DNA of 64,000 nucleotides from Antedon mediterranea (Eukaryota > Animalia > Echinodermata). The notes below the pieces were generated by a model that was not told the DNA's origin, did not search any database, and worked only from the letters and a program-made list of their open reading frames with translations. Each line of letters opens with the position of its first letter. The first letter of the stretch is position 1. This document shows positions 27,404 to 40,920 of the stretch, piece after piece. The stretch lies in the NCBI RefSeq assembly GCF_964355755.1, contig NC_092679.1, forward strand, positions 23,605,432-23,669,431, in the 5' to 3' direction. Position numbers and translations under genes: made by a program.

Positions 27404-27461
27404 CTGAACATCTAGAAAACGGCAACATCGCCAATATCATGATGGTTTGAAAGATGAACAT
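27404..27461 (-). pseudogene. Signal-peptide exon of gene A: MFIFQTIMILAMLPFSRCS
   Basis: aaaaagATG...TGTTCAG|gtacga; paralog of 8511-8568. Confidence 0.82.
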
Positions 27462-28019
27462 CTTTTTACGCAATTCTGTATAAACGCTATATGAATAGTC
27501 AAATTAAACTTTATCTCTGAGAGTCCGCTCATTTTATGAAAACAAATTTACTTACAGGTTCTTTTTATCATTAAGTTTAGTAAGTTTTAATAATTTAGAT
27601 AAATCACTTCACAGTATTTGGTCTAAAGTAGGTGTAATTGTTAATGTTAATACTTAATAGATTTAAATTTCAAAACATTAATATTAAATGTACAAAGAGG
27701 TTATATACCTCTATTGAACAATGATAAATAAACAGCTTACAGGCCTTGGTTACTTTTGAAAGTTCCCGGCAATTTGAGGCAAACTAAGGAAGTTACGTTT
27801 TGACACACTTAATATAAACCTGTTTAATTCGATATGCCATGCTATAATGTTCACATCTTTATTCTGGTTTCTATCCATCGCGCACAAATCGTTCGCCTTG
27901 TATTATATTCAATATTTTAAATAATTATTTTGGTACAAGAGTATTTATGAATTTAATGTCACATTTACAATATTGTCTAGATATCATATGACAAAGAAAT
28001 TTCTATGCGGTTTTGATGA

Positions 28020-28372
28020 TTGCTTGGTAACACTGTTTCCAGAATCCAGACACCCAATGAAATTTAAGAACCATAACTTTTGTGAGAAAACACTGGGTCT
28101 TCTCTAATTAAAAAAAAGACAGTTAATTTAAGCAACGAAACGACAGCGCTAGTGTACAATGTCCGTATGTTACCGCTGTTTACCTGCTAGGCCTACAGAA
28201 ATAAAGCCTAGCTACGCCAAATACCGTCTACAAGAGAATTCGACGCGAGCTACAGGTAGTGCATTGTTTTTCTCGTTTTATCCATAGAACAAAAAAATTA
28301 AGACAAGGAATTACCTGGTTTTTAAAGCAATGTAATCATTAAATGTATTATTATTATCCAAAACTGCAATCT
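28020..28372. mobile_element. Fragment of the Kolobok-like family at 47792-49215
   Basis: Matches 48860-49195 (cgcgagctac..ggtagtgcattgttt..ttaagacaaggaat). Confidence 0.6.
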
Positions 28373-30228
28373 TTACCTCCGAGAGCTGAGTCTTACAAAC
28401 ACATTTTACTTATATATCGTTTTATCATTGCGTTAGTGAGTTTGAATTATTTAGATAAACCACTTTGCCAGATTTATCTGATAAAGTAGCCGTAAGGGTT
28501 AATGTTAATATTTAATAGATTCATTATTTCAAAACAGTAATATTGAATATAGAAAGTTGTAGAGTTTATATACCTCCATGAAAAAGTTAATTCGGAAACC
28601 ATCCAAAATAAAAAAACTTGCTATTTGATAAACGCATCAGATTATTAAAGCATATTAATATTACGCTTCGTTCCCAATTTCAGACAAACTATGACGTTTG
28701 CAAGATTGTTTGTGATTGCTTAAATTACTTGCTTTGCGTTTCGTCCTAAGAGTGTATCAAAGATACAAGCTACATAAAGGTTGATGAAACTGTATTTGGT
28801 CATTATGGTGTTAAGATTATACTTAGTGCTAAAAACTCAGGTTCAACAATATTCATAATACTTTTTAATATTACACAAAACCTATTAATTTCGATAATGT
28901 TATGCTATACTATAGTATCAGATGTTTATTCTGGTTTCTCACATCACTAAACATTACAGTAGGCCTACTAAATATTTCCGTGTAAAGGAACAACTATTGA
29001 GTTTTGTTCTCAACCTTGTTTTTATACCAGGGTAATTATAAAATTAAGAATGAATGTTTAATAAATAACAAAAATAAATTTACACACATACAACTTGGAA
29101 AAGAACTAGATACCACGGGAGAACTAGAATACCACAAGTTGACTTGCATTTGTGATGTAAGTAACTTACTTTGTTTTTCACATTGATTACAATTTGGTGA
29201 GGGTGTCAGTGGAAAAAATCGAAATAAATGTTATCTTGTCAATAAGGTTATTTTAGCTCGAAAACTGGTACGTCGATACAATTAATTCATAGCGCTTAAA
29301 TAGACATACTGTATACTGAACTTTGTTGTTGATTTTTGCTTGACGGAATTGGATGAATAAAGTGTATATGCCCATATTAGGTCTTTATATTTGGAGCAAC
29401 ACAGCACATTTCTGGACATGGTAATTACATTTTAAAATCTAAATATATCGAAAGGAAAGAAATGGGCAAGAATTACAAGAACAGAATGAATGTAAAAGAA
29501 ACCTCGGATAAAAGTATACAACATTGTATTGAGTTAAACATTGTCTAAAGCGTCTTGTAGGCTGATTCAAGTAGAACATTAAAGATCGTAATGTTCTTCC
29601 TGTGACATGTAAGTAGGCATATTGTTTTACTTCAACTTGCAAATCCAACTTATGTTGTTCAAGCCTATGTGGTCGCTATATTGGATCAAAGCTGGCCGAT
29701 CAAGAAGGTTCTTATTTCATATAAACACTCCAAATGGCGGTAATTTTGAAACCTTTATTATTGCTCACATTTTGAAGAATTAAATGAAATGATTTCTTTG
29801 CTGCATGTATAATCTGAATAATGAACAAAATGGCATCCATTGTAACTGATGATAACTTTATGATTGAAATTCTATATACGAGTGATATTATTGAAAGCAA
29901 ATTAGTACTGTAATTGCTAATAACATTGTTACTGGATTGCTATTGATAATTTGAATGTGTATATAAATCAATAATATATATTAGAACCAGTGATGGCGTA
30001 CAGCGGGGGGTAGGGGGAGGGAGCTACGGGGGATCTATCCCCCTTGTCGGGGAGCCTTTTGACCCGAAACACTCCGGAACTTGATGTTGGTACCTTTCAC
30101 ACCAAAACACCGTGGCGCCCTCCGGAGAATATTCAGCTGTTCAACCCCGCAGTTTTAAACTCCGGAGTTGATTTATTTTACCTTTCACACCAAACAGCGG
30201 GGCGTCAACTCCGGAGTGTCTTCACCCT

Positions 30229-30858
30229 CACACTATCGAACCATCTCGCTCTTACACAATGTAATATTAATAATCTCCTCTGTAACACTATGTAACCACC
30301 CTCGCACTATCGAACCATCTCTCTCTCTTACACAATGTAATATTAATAATCTCCCTCTGTAACACTATGTAACCACCCTCGCACTATCGAACCATCTCGC
30401 TCTTACACAATGTAATATTAATAATCTCCCTCTGTAAGACTATGTAACCACCTTCGCACTATCGAACCATCTCGCTCTTACACAATGTAATATTAATAAT
30501 CTTCCTCTGTAACACTATGCAAACACCTTCGCACTATCGAACCATCTCGCTCTTACACAATGTAATATTAATCTCCCTCTGTAACACTATGTAACCACCT
30601 TCGCACTATCGAACCATCTCGCTCTACACCATGTAATATTAATAATCTTCCTCTGTAACACTATGTAACCACCTTCGCACTATCTAACCATCTCGCTCTT
30701 ACACAATGTAATATTAATAATCTTCCTCTGTAACACTATGCAAACACCTTCGCACTATCGAACCATCTCGCTCTTACACAATGTAATATTAATCTCCCTC
30801 TGTAACACTATGTAACCACCTTCGCACTATCGAACCATCTCGCTCTACACCATGTAAC
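30229..30858. repeat. Tandem array of 72-77-bp units, about 9 copies
   Basis: Unit gcactatcgaaccatctcgctcttacacaatgtaatattaataatctccctctgtaacactatgtaaccacc; seen only once at the paralogous position 11390. Confidence 0.95.
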
Positions 30859-32925
30859 CTACATTTGATAGTGATCCAGTTTACTCGCATCATTGTCAGT
30901 AAAGTAAGCCTATAACAAACTCAAATAATACAAACAACATCACAATTTTAACTAATTCTACTTTATTTTAATCGTTAAATTGCGCATCATGTCAGAGTAG
31001 TTATAATTAAAATCATAATTAATACAAACCAATTCTATAATAATTTAAAACGAAGATCTACGATATCTTAATTATCTTTTAAAATGAAGGTTACTTAAAA
31101 GTATAAAACAAATCAACATACTTAGCAATTGCTTTTTTAGCAATTTGTATAATATAAACTAATATACCGATATTAAGTTTTATCAGATGACAAACACAAA
31201 CAATGTAGGCCTAATGCATTGGCAAACACATTGATGTAGGCCTGTAAACAAACAATATAGGCCTAATGCAGTGGCAAACACATTGATGTAGGCCAATCAA
31301 GTGCACTTTATCTATCCTTTTCTATTGAATAAGTTATTTATAATCTGCACATTCTTCACATAAATAACATTAATTATAATAATAATTGTATAAAGAAACG
31401 AATGCATTATGTAGATAAAAAAAAACCCAAAACAACTATGTTAATAAAAAAAGTGTTAATGGAAATGTGTTAAATAGATTACAGTATATGTATAAAAAGA
31501 GGAAAGCAGTATTAGTAGAAATTATAATATTATTAAAACAAAATTATTGAAAATGTGATAATATGTAACGAAATGAATACAACTTAAAAAAAGCTTGTAT
31601 GCAAGCAGACGATAAAACAAACATTGTCAATAGAATAATAGGCAAAGTGTACTGTAATGAAAATGTATTTTAGAGAAAACCATATGTAACGAGATAAGGA
31701 ACTTATGTATGGAAGGATAAAAAAAAACATTAATTATAATAATGTACATTTTAAATACTTTTTATAATGATTTAGTGGTCAAACTGTCTAATTATGAAGT
31801 TTAAACTGTAGTTCTAAAAACATTGACGGTTTATTTTAAACTACAAAATGTTTAATAATCAAGAAACCATGAAAGTACTGTACCTTAATGCAGAATGTAC
31901 AATTTAAATATACTTAAAATGATAAACAATTTAAAACTCCCAAATAATAATGATGATTTATTTTTCAATTTAAATTTTAATAAAATTATAGAACTCACTA
32001 AACTTATATAATCATAAAAAAAAAACAAAAAACGAAATGATAGTTGTTCATACTTCAAATCATTAACATGATAATAATATATAATAATATAAAAAAAAAT
32101 AATATACACAATAATGTTTATTATTTGTTTTTATAATTCATACACTGTTTTAAATTAACTTTTATTTAATGAATCCATATTTAATCAATAGGGAGTTTTT
32201 TTAATTTCCGACGACCGATGACCAACCTAGGTCAGGTCAATCGATGTGTCAGGACCTACTGTAGAGTTGTGGTTTGGTGGTTATGATGCTCAGCTTAAGG
32301 TTTAAGTCCTGTCATGTCAGTGTTTTTCTAATGACAAATAACAATTCAACTCCCAAAAACTTGTAACAAGACTTTGTTCATGTAAAGGATCTCGTGTATA
32401 TGCTTGTCTTGTCTTTCCAAACGCTTCAACGTTGAATCAAATAGCCATGTAATAGTTCCATGTAATATGATGTATAGAAAAAAAAAAACAACAACCACCA
32501 CAAAGCAGAATGTTCTTATAAAATTGATAGTAGTAATAGTATACACTTTTAAAATGATTTCACTCATGTGACAGTTCGTTGCAAAAGTCAAAAATAGTTT
32601 CTTCAAATTTGACTAAAATATACAGAAACAATAGATATACTGTAGCCTAACTAAGTTAATTAAAGAAATTACAAAAAAACAAAATGATATTTTAAAATAG
32701 TAAGTAAAACAAGAATATTCGTCATTGTGTCATTGTAAAGTACTGTAATTCTCTCTTTTTCTATGAAATCCATTCGATTCGATATGATGACATTCCTAAA
32801 GCGATTACAATGAATCCTAAACAGATATTAGACAGATGTGCCATGTTGAAATATACTGCAAACTACAGGTAAGGCTTACGCGCCTTTTCTATGAGAACAA
32901 ATGGCAAAAGCTTAACGTTTAGGTT

Positions 32926-34030
32926 TTATCTGTCAGTATTTCTAGGTCTCATTTCCTGAAGCTGTATAGGCCTAACAGCAACCGGTCGTGCTTGATTGGT
33001 ATTGGCAAGATTTGCTTTCTTAAAGCAACAATCGACAATTGTGTATAGAAAGGGATTGACCGAGGAGTTAATTGGTATGATGAACGTCGCTGACAAAACA
33101 TATATTTCCACAGGAAGCGTCCACCAATCCAGTTCAGCACCAATTGCCATCAATACAATAGGAAACCAGCAACAGAAATCTGTGAAAATGAGAAAGCCTA
33201 TTTTCACTGCTAGTTTGATATCTTCTTTTCTTCTTCGTTTTCTGTTAGCACCTGCTGATGCGCGCTTGATAGACACAAAAATGATTATATAACTCACAGC
33301 GATGATGATAAAACCTAAACTGTTGAATCCTATGTAGATAGCAAAAGCATATTCCCAGCCTGGCCAGTGGCTTTTTGATAATGGCAGTGCAAGGCACACA
33401 CTCTTTACTCCATAATAATATTTCCCGAAATAATGCGACGTCACTTCGTAATACCAGATGTATGTTATGGCGTTTGCTACTATTGGGAGAAAGCTGAGCA
33501 CAATCCAACACACCCATGCAAATCCGATAATAATTCTACAATTTCTGCAACTAAGACGTTTGGTACTAAATGGATAAGCGATGTTTATAGCACGGTCGAT
33601 GCTCAAAAGCATCAATGTAAACACCGAAGACTGACCAGAGAGAGTGGCAATTGCACCAGCAAAACTGCAAAGAGGACTCCATTTCCAACCCCATTCAAAT
33701 GTTGCATATCGCCCTCTGTAATGTATATCTACACTTAAAATGATAATCAAATAGACTACCATTAACAGGTCAGACACGGCAAGGTTGGTGATGAGTGTGG
33801 TTTGGACTTTATTAATTTCGTTATCATTACTTGTGTTGTTATCCTTTTTACACTGTCGTGATATGATAACGACGAAATTGCCACTAACAGCTGTAATTAC
33901 AATAATCCACATCAATACCCGTACGTATTCACTTTCTAGTAAGTCTTCACATGAAGCAAATGGATCTACGCCGGGATGGCAATAATCAATGTCCCCCACA
34001 ATGGAACATAAACATGACGAATCCGCCCAC
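32926..34030 (-). CDS. Terminal exon (hinge + 7TM + C-tail) of GRL101/RXFP-like LRR-GPCR gene B
   Basis: Intact ORF extended to the phase-2 acceptor ttatag|G TGG GCG GAT. Motifs WADSSCLC, SCEDLL, GNFVV, NLAVSDLLM, SIDRA, VCLALP, FTDFCCWFP and PINSSVNPFLY are typical of LGR class C-like receptors. Confidence 0.93.
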
Positions 34031-34649
34031 CTATAACAGTAAAGGTAAACATAATAATAAATGTTTCATCTTTTAGTCAAAACATACACTGCAAACTGGA
34101 CTGGAACTTGTTGTAATAATACGATTTTTTTTATCATTACAATGAAAAATAAAACAACCTAAAACGTCGGACGAGACATTTATGAATTTTAAATGCATGT
34201 ATGAAATTAATAAACAACATTTTAATTAATAGTTTATTATTATGTATAATTGAGACATAACGTAACTATATTAATTTAAAAAAAAGGAATGACCCTATTA
34301 ATGTTTTGCTAATGAAAGTTTGACCAGGATACAGCATGTTTTTTTTAAAATAAACAGGATTTTAAAAAGTCCCGTCCGTAACGTCAAATATGTGTTTTTT
34401 CATATTTAATATTCAATAATTTAAAGATCAGAAAAATTATTAGTAAATGAACATTTTCAACTCACGAACCAAATACTGTGGAATGCCCTTATGTTAATGT
34501 TTTACTAATGAAGTTCTACAAACGATTTAAAAAAATGGGCTTAACTAAGATTTTATGATACATGTGAATCAATTCCGCCAACTCCAGTGGCAGTTTGTTA
34601 TCACAGTGCTCGTCTATAACAATGGATAGAGAAAAGCATCAACTTATAA

Positions 34650-34992
34650 TGTACACACATAGCCTGTTTTATATTATATGTATTCATACTTTTGCTATAA
34701 TATATATAGAAAGAATCCACATGTATACTGGAAGTAATAAACTGAATATCTTCTTTTTTAAGACAAAATGTATAAATAATCATGTTAGAAAAACAGTATC
34801 GCTTTTTGATGATGAACAACTCTAAAATGTATATAGGAAATGTTTTTTTTATTTTGTATCTATTATGTTGTGTTTATTGTTTTATGTAAAAGGGTCCTGC
34901 AAAAACAGAAGTGTAAACTTCTCTATGCAGGATCCTTGCCATCATTTATGCTATGAAACTGTATTTATAAACGATGAGTAAAAAATAAATAA
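34650..34992 (+). mobile_element. LINE 3' tail insertion
   Basis: Absent from the paralog at about 20378; stem-loop ggtcctgca...tgcaggatcc and an aataaataa end. Confidence 0.6.
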
Positions 34993-35231
34993 TCGAAAAA
35001 GTAGAGAGGTGTTCAAGCTATGATCATCCTGATTGTAAAACCAATTTGAATACATGTAACTTTAAGTTAAGTCAAAATCTCTTTCTAAATAATTCCTACA
35101 TTTTTTTCTAATAAATCTGATTTAAAAACTACACATCTTTCTCAAACCTTTCATTTTGAGAAAATGGCGGCCATTTTGAAATACATTTACCACTTTATTT
35201 ATTTTGTTGCTGACCAAATAAGCCTACTTAC

Positions 35232-35303
35232 AATTCTGTTAAGTTTTTCAATTCCTCAAAAGTACTCGAATTGTAATCCTGTAAGTTGTTACCGCGTAAC
35301 CGT
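35232..35303 (-). CDS. Last LRR exon of gene B: (L)RLRGNNLQDYNSSTFEELKNLTE(L)
   Basis: ttttgtag|A...TT|gtaagt; 72 nt, phase 2/2, LRR consensus. Confidence 0.88.
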
Positions 35304-35613
35304 CTACAAAATAATAGTTTTAAATAAGTAAATCAAGCATAGGCATAAACATGATTAGTAAAATGTGTAAAACAACAAACGACACCCTAACTCATTAACA
35401 CCCCCACAAAAAAATCAGAGTGGCCCTAAGCTTATTTCGAATGTTAGGATAAAAAATCCAATGAGTAAAAGGTTAACATGGCAGTTGTTTTAACCAGTCT
35501 GTTTTCCGATTATACTCTGTAGTGTTTATTTTAACAGAATCAAGAATCCTCCTGATAGACAAAGAAAATAGGTTGTTAAATATGTATTGAAATTACAACA
35601 GTGTTTAACTTAC

Positions 35614-35688
35614 AATATTCTCAGTGATGAAGCAAAAGAAGTAAATGCATATCGATCTATTGTAGTTATGCTGTTGGAATTTAAATGC
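35614..35688 (-). CDS. LRR exon of gene B: (L)HLNSNSITTIDRYAFTSFASSLRI(L)
   Basis: cttttaaag|G...TT|gtaagt; 75 nt, phase 2/2. Confidence 0.88.
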
Positions 35689-36082
35689 CTTTAAAAGATA
35701 AATCAATCAATTAGACAAGGTATGCCTATTACATTATGAAAGTGTACAACATATATGGGGAATAATCAGGTTGTATTTAAGAGAAATTATAGGTCTTGTG
35801 AAACCAATTTGTCTGTTCTGTTGTCACATGCATATGATGCAATAAATGCAAAAGGTCAATGCGAAGTTGTATATACAGATATGGCTAAAGCCTTTGACAG
35901 GGTCTCCCATAAGTTGCTTTTGTTCAAACTTCAAACAAGTTATTTATCGGACAGGTTTCAGAGAGTCACTTTTGATGGTAACGCGCTTCCAGTTTTATCT
36001 GGCGTACCTCAGGGGTCTATGTTGGGGCCTCTTTTTTTTTATTATGTTTATCAACGATTTTTCCTTTGTTCCTTGTCCCTGA

Positions 36083-39000
36083 AATGTTCACGCACCCGCA
36101 TTGATAACCGTCTATTGGTTTCACCAATATACATGGAATTACATCCCATACATTTAAATTTATAAACAACACGAGAGCGGAACACATCAGGGACAGGGTC
36201 CTTAGGACTAAACAAGTTTGACATTTTGAATGATTTGAAAGCTAATTTAATATTAATACCTTTGCAATATTTACGTGTAATTTTGTCGATTCTTTGTTGT
36301 GCGCATTTGGCAAACTAACCTTGTTTTGTTCAATAATCGACTCAACTGACGCAACATTGCAAGGAGAAAAAATATTATTAAGATATCTGTAAATATTGTC
36401 ATTAATTATACTGAGTGGAAAACAGTTTTTACTTAAAATGGTTTTATGTCATTGTTAAAGCTAGACCAGGAATTATTCAATTTCTAAACTCTGTCAATCA
36501 AAGTACGAACAAGCCCAATTTTGTAAGAAAAGGAAGTGAAACTGTTAAAATTAGTGAGGAGACCCGTGAAGGTAGGCTTTCTGAAGACCGAACCATTATT
36601 GTTTAACATTATATCTAAAAATGAAAGACAATGGTCAATTTCATATTCAATTGTGAACTTGTACATAAATTGGCAACTTGTACATAAACGGAAGTTTGCA
36701 CTCTTAGGCAGGACAGCCAAACCTAACGTTATTATTATTATTTTATAACTAACATTACTTATTTAGTAGCTTTTTCTCCACATAATAATTTAAAAGATAT
36801 TTTCTTTTATCACATTCGGTTAAACGTAGACGAGAGTAGACTCTGATACCATTGTTTATTAAATAACTGTTTTTGTTGACTTTTCCTTGCAGATTACAAA
36901 TGCAACACTTTTTAAAAATTTACTCCATTAGAAGTTTGGAATTTTTTAATTTACATATTAAAGGCATATTACCTTTTTTTTTTCTATTTTCGTCGTTTAT
37001 TTTTATTATATATGTATATGTATTTATTATTACTTGTTGTGCATGGCAATATACTTTTATGAATATATTATGTCCCTAGAGACAAAACGAACACTATATT
37101 TTCTAAAAACAATTTCTTATTAATATGATTTGTATTGTATGTAGAAACGCTCTCATGAGTGGCGATATTAATCTAAACAGATGTGCATTATGTAATGGGT
37201 ACGCACATGCCCAATGTTCTTTCATAGAACCAGAATGGTACTGTACGTCATGTAATATTTCTCTACTTCCGTTTAATCATATACTCAATGATGATGAGTT
37301 TTTACATGAAATAAAACAATTTCACGTAAACCAATTTGTTGATTTTGATCATCTAAATTCATTAAGTATTAACCCTTTTGACGTAAATACATCCATTCCT
37401 TCTACATGTAGATATCATCTCAGCGATAACTTTAATAGTTCAATTGAAAATATTAATAACAATTTTAGTTTTATTCACTTTAATTCACGTAGCCTGGTAA
37501 AAAACTTTACTGAATCAACTGAATATCTTGAAACTCTTAATCACAAATTTAATATATTATGTTTCACTGAGACCTGGTTTAGTTCAAATACTGTACATAC
37601 TTTATATAACATTCCTGGTTATACATCATTAATTTATAAGAAAGGTGGTGGCGTCTGTCTTTATATTATGGATGATATTAATTTTAGAATGAGAGATGAT
37701 TTGAGTTCTTTAATAATGAAGCTGAAAATATCTGCATTGAAATAGAATTAAAACCAAAAAATTATATTTTCTCAGTAATATACCGACCACCAGAAAAATC
37801 CATAAAAACTTTTAATGAAAACATATCACTATTATTTGAAGTAATCAACACAGAAAAAAAAAGTTTTTATGCTTGTGGAGATTTTAATATTGATTTGCTT
37901 AAATTCAGTTCCCATACACTAACATCAGATTTTTTAAATTGTATATATTCAGTTAATTTATTTCCCGTAATAGACAGACCCACCCGTCTCACCCGTACAT
38001 CTGCTACGTTAATTGACCATATCTACTCTAACAATTTTCATGAAGATATTTTTTCAGGATTACTGTATTGTGACATTACTGACCATTTACCTATATTTTT
38101 TATTTCTCATACATCCAAACCGTCTAATAAAATGAATGACCAAAAATATATATTTAAAAGAGTAATCAATGACACTACCACTTCATCACTAGGCATTGAA
38201 TTACTAAATACTGACTGGTCAGAAATAATATCGATTACAAATGACCTGGATAAAGCTTATAATTCTTTTCACACTAAATTTATGAACATTTATGATAAAC
38301 ACATTAGAATATGTAAAAAAAAAATAAATTTTCGCAAGCAAAACAAACCATGGATAACAAATGGCATTATCAACTCCATAAACAAACGAAATAAACTATA
38401 TAAAAGATATATACAATCTGGCAAAGCCACTGATAAAACTAAATATACTGATTATAGAAACAAATTAACTAATCTAATAAGAATATCACGTAGTATACAT
38501 TACAAAAAGCAATTTGACAAACATAAAAATGATATTAAGAAAACATGGCAAACTATAAATTCAGCTCTTGGCAGAAATATAAAAAGTAAACTTCCAACAT
38601 ATTTTTTAGAAAACAACATAAAAATTGATGACGAAATTCAAATTGCTAATAAATTTAATAAATATTTTGTTGATACTGGCCATACACTTTCACAATCAAT
38701 TAACTCATCTCATTCAAACTTTTCAACATTTTTAAACCAACCCAACAATCACTCCATGTTCCTTTCACCAATCACTGAAAGAGACATAATTAATGCAACC
38801 GAAGAGCTCAAAAATAATAAAAGTCCTGGTGTAGATGAAATACATTCCAACGTTATTAAACAAATTTCTCCGTTTATTTCTAAAACTTTATGTCACATCT
38901 TTAACCTTTCATTTAAATGTGGGAAATTTCCTAATGCGCTAAAAGTTGCCAAAATTGTGCCTATTTTTAAAAAAGATGACCCCCATAAATTTTCAAATTA

Positions 39001-40915
39001 TAGACCGATTGCTTTACTTCCATGTTTTTCAAAAATATTTGAAAAGCTAATATATGCTCGTCTAATTTCTTTTTTCACAAAACATAATATTATATACAAC
39101 AATCAATATGGCTTTCGAAAATCACATTCCACAGATCTCGCACTTCTCCACTTATATGAAAAAATAACTAAATCATTTGCAAACAAGCACCATACTATCG
39201 GTATTTTTTTAGATTTGTCAAAAGCATTTGACACCATAAATCATAACATTATTATTTCTAAATTATCGAATTATGGTGTCAGAGGTCTTCCACTACTACT
39301 TTTAAAAGACTACTTATCATTTCGCCAACAATATACATCAATAAACTCAACCAATTCTCAACTCTTGCATGTTACCTGTGGGGTACCACAAGGGTCAATC
39401 CTTGGCCCACTACTCTTTTTAATTTACGTTAATGATCTTCCAAATGTTTCAAAATTATTTAATTTTATCTTATTTGCAGATGACACAAATGTTATTATTT
39501 CTCACGAAAACAAAAATAATCTTGTATCTATAATTAATAATGAACTTAACAAAGTGTCTCTTTGGTTTAAAGCAAATAAGTTATCATTGAATATTTCTAA
39601 AACAAATTATATTTATTTTAATATTAATAAAAAAAGTAACAAACAGCTAACAGAGCAATTATATATCAATGGCAACCAAATAAAGAGAACAGAAAACTTA
39701 AAATTTCTTGGAGTCACTATTGACTCGGAACTAAATTGGAAACCTCACATAACATATTTAACTAAAATAATCTCGAGAAACGTTGGAATTTTAAGTAAAT
39801 TGAAGTACATACTTCCTTTAAACATCTTATTTTCCCTGTATAATACTCTTATTTTACCCTATTTATCATACTGCAATGTTGCTTGGGCTACAACTGTAGA
39901 TAAATTTACTGGATGCTGCCCCTGGACAGGTTCTGATAACACGAAAATTAATTCTCTCTTTAAATTACAAAAAAAGGCTATCAGAATCTGTTCGGGAGCA
40001 CCTCCAAAATCTCATACTAAACCACTTTTTTATTCTCTAAATACTTTAAATACATTTGATATAAATAAACTCCAAACAGCTTTATTCATGTTCCGCTTAA
40101 ATCATAATAAATTACCAACTCAATTTTACTCCTATTTTCAAAATTTTAATCATTCTTACAACACCAGATCTTCAACTGCAAAAAATCTGATAAACGAAAA
40201 GCATACCATATTACTTAGAAGAACATCTTTTATTTACAATGGACAGTATATATGGAACAACTTACCGCTCAATCTAAAAGCAATAACCATCATAAATACA
40301 TTTAAAACAAAATACAAACAAACACTTATTTCAAACTATTTAGAACATTAGTAATTCACAATTGCCTTAAGACTGTTTTTTTTTCTTTTTTGTTCCTTTT
40401 GTTTAATTTTATTTGTCAATTTGACGAAAGAAAGAAGTTTATTTTTGTTCTCTCACTTAAATTAAATAATTAAATATATTAATTATCTGGAGGACCAAAC
40501 TTAAAGCCTTGGCTTAATGCGTCCTCCTCACACAATTGTTTTTATTAATTTATGTTACTGTTATATTGTATTGTATTGTGTGAAACAATAAACTTGAAAC
40601 TTGAAAAACTTTATGTTGGGGTGCTGATCGTTAATATAGTCAAAGAAAGTATTTGCATCATCTTTTGTATTGAAAAAAAACAAAAAAAACATGACCGAAG
40701 CTTGTGAGAAGTTCTTTAACCATGTTTGTTCATGATGACCCATACATAAATTGGCTAAAACAGGTACAAGTGAGGATCCCATTGACACACCGTCTATTTG
40801 ATCATAAATATCACCATTGAATATGAAATTGTAAATGTCACATTTACATTTTAAGGCAATTTGCCTTTTTATTAAATGCCTCGCTATAGTCATCCTAACT
40901 CGTAAGTTTGGTGGT
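36083..40915 (-). mobile_element. Penelope-like retroelement remnant (36083-36660 and 40607-40915)
   Basis: FNGDIYDQIDGVSMGSSL..VLANL and HPNIKF|TIEYE..LSFLD..VFRKPTFTG: Penelope-type RT motifs continuous across the inserted LINE. Confidence 0.85.
36661..40606 (+). mobile_element. Near-complete CR1/L2-group LINE; single PHD-APE-RT ORF (37125-40351) with one frameshift at about 37720
   Basis: C4HC3-like N-terminus; HFNSRSL, TETW, GGGV, YRPP, GDFN and TDHLP (APE); full RT with FADDT; 3' stem-loop and aataaa(cttgaaa)n tail. Confidence 0.93.
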
Positions 40916-40920
40916 ATTAT

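Noticed and set aside
29004-29900. Short ORFs and LRR-like phrases upstream of gene A (and 9500-9690)
   Set aside because: Paralogous copies differ by frame-breaking indels; no consistent splice structure.
32949-33985. Overlapping antisense and alternative-frame ORFs (also 18910-19837)
   Set aside because: Shadows of the GPCR coding exon.
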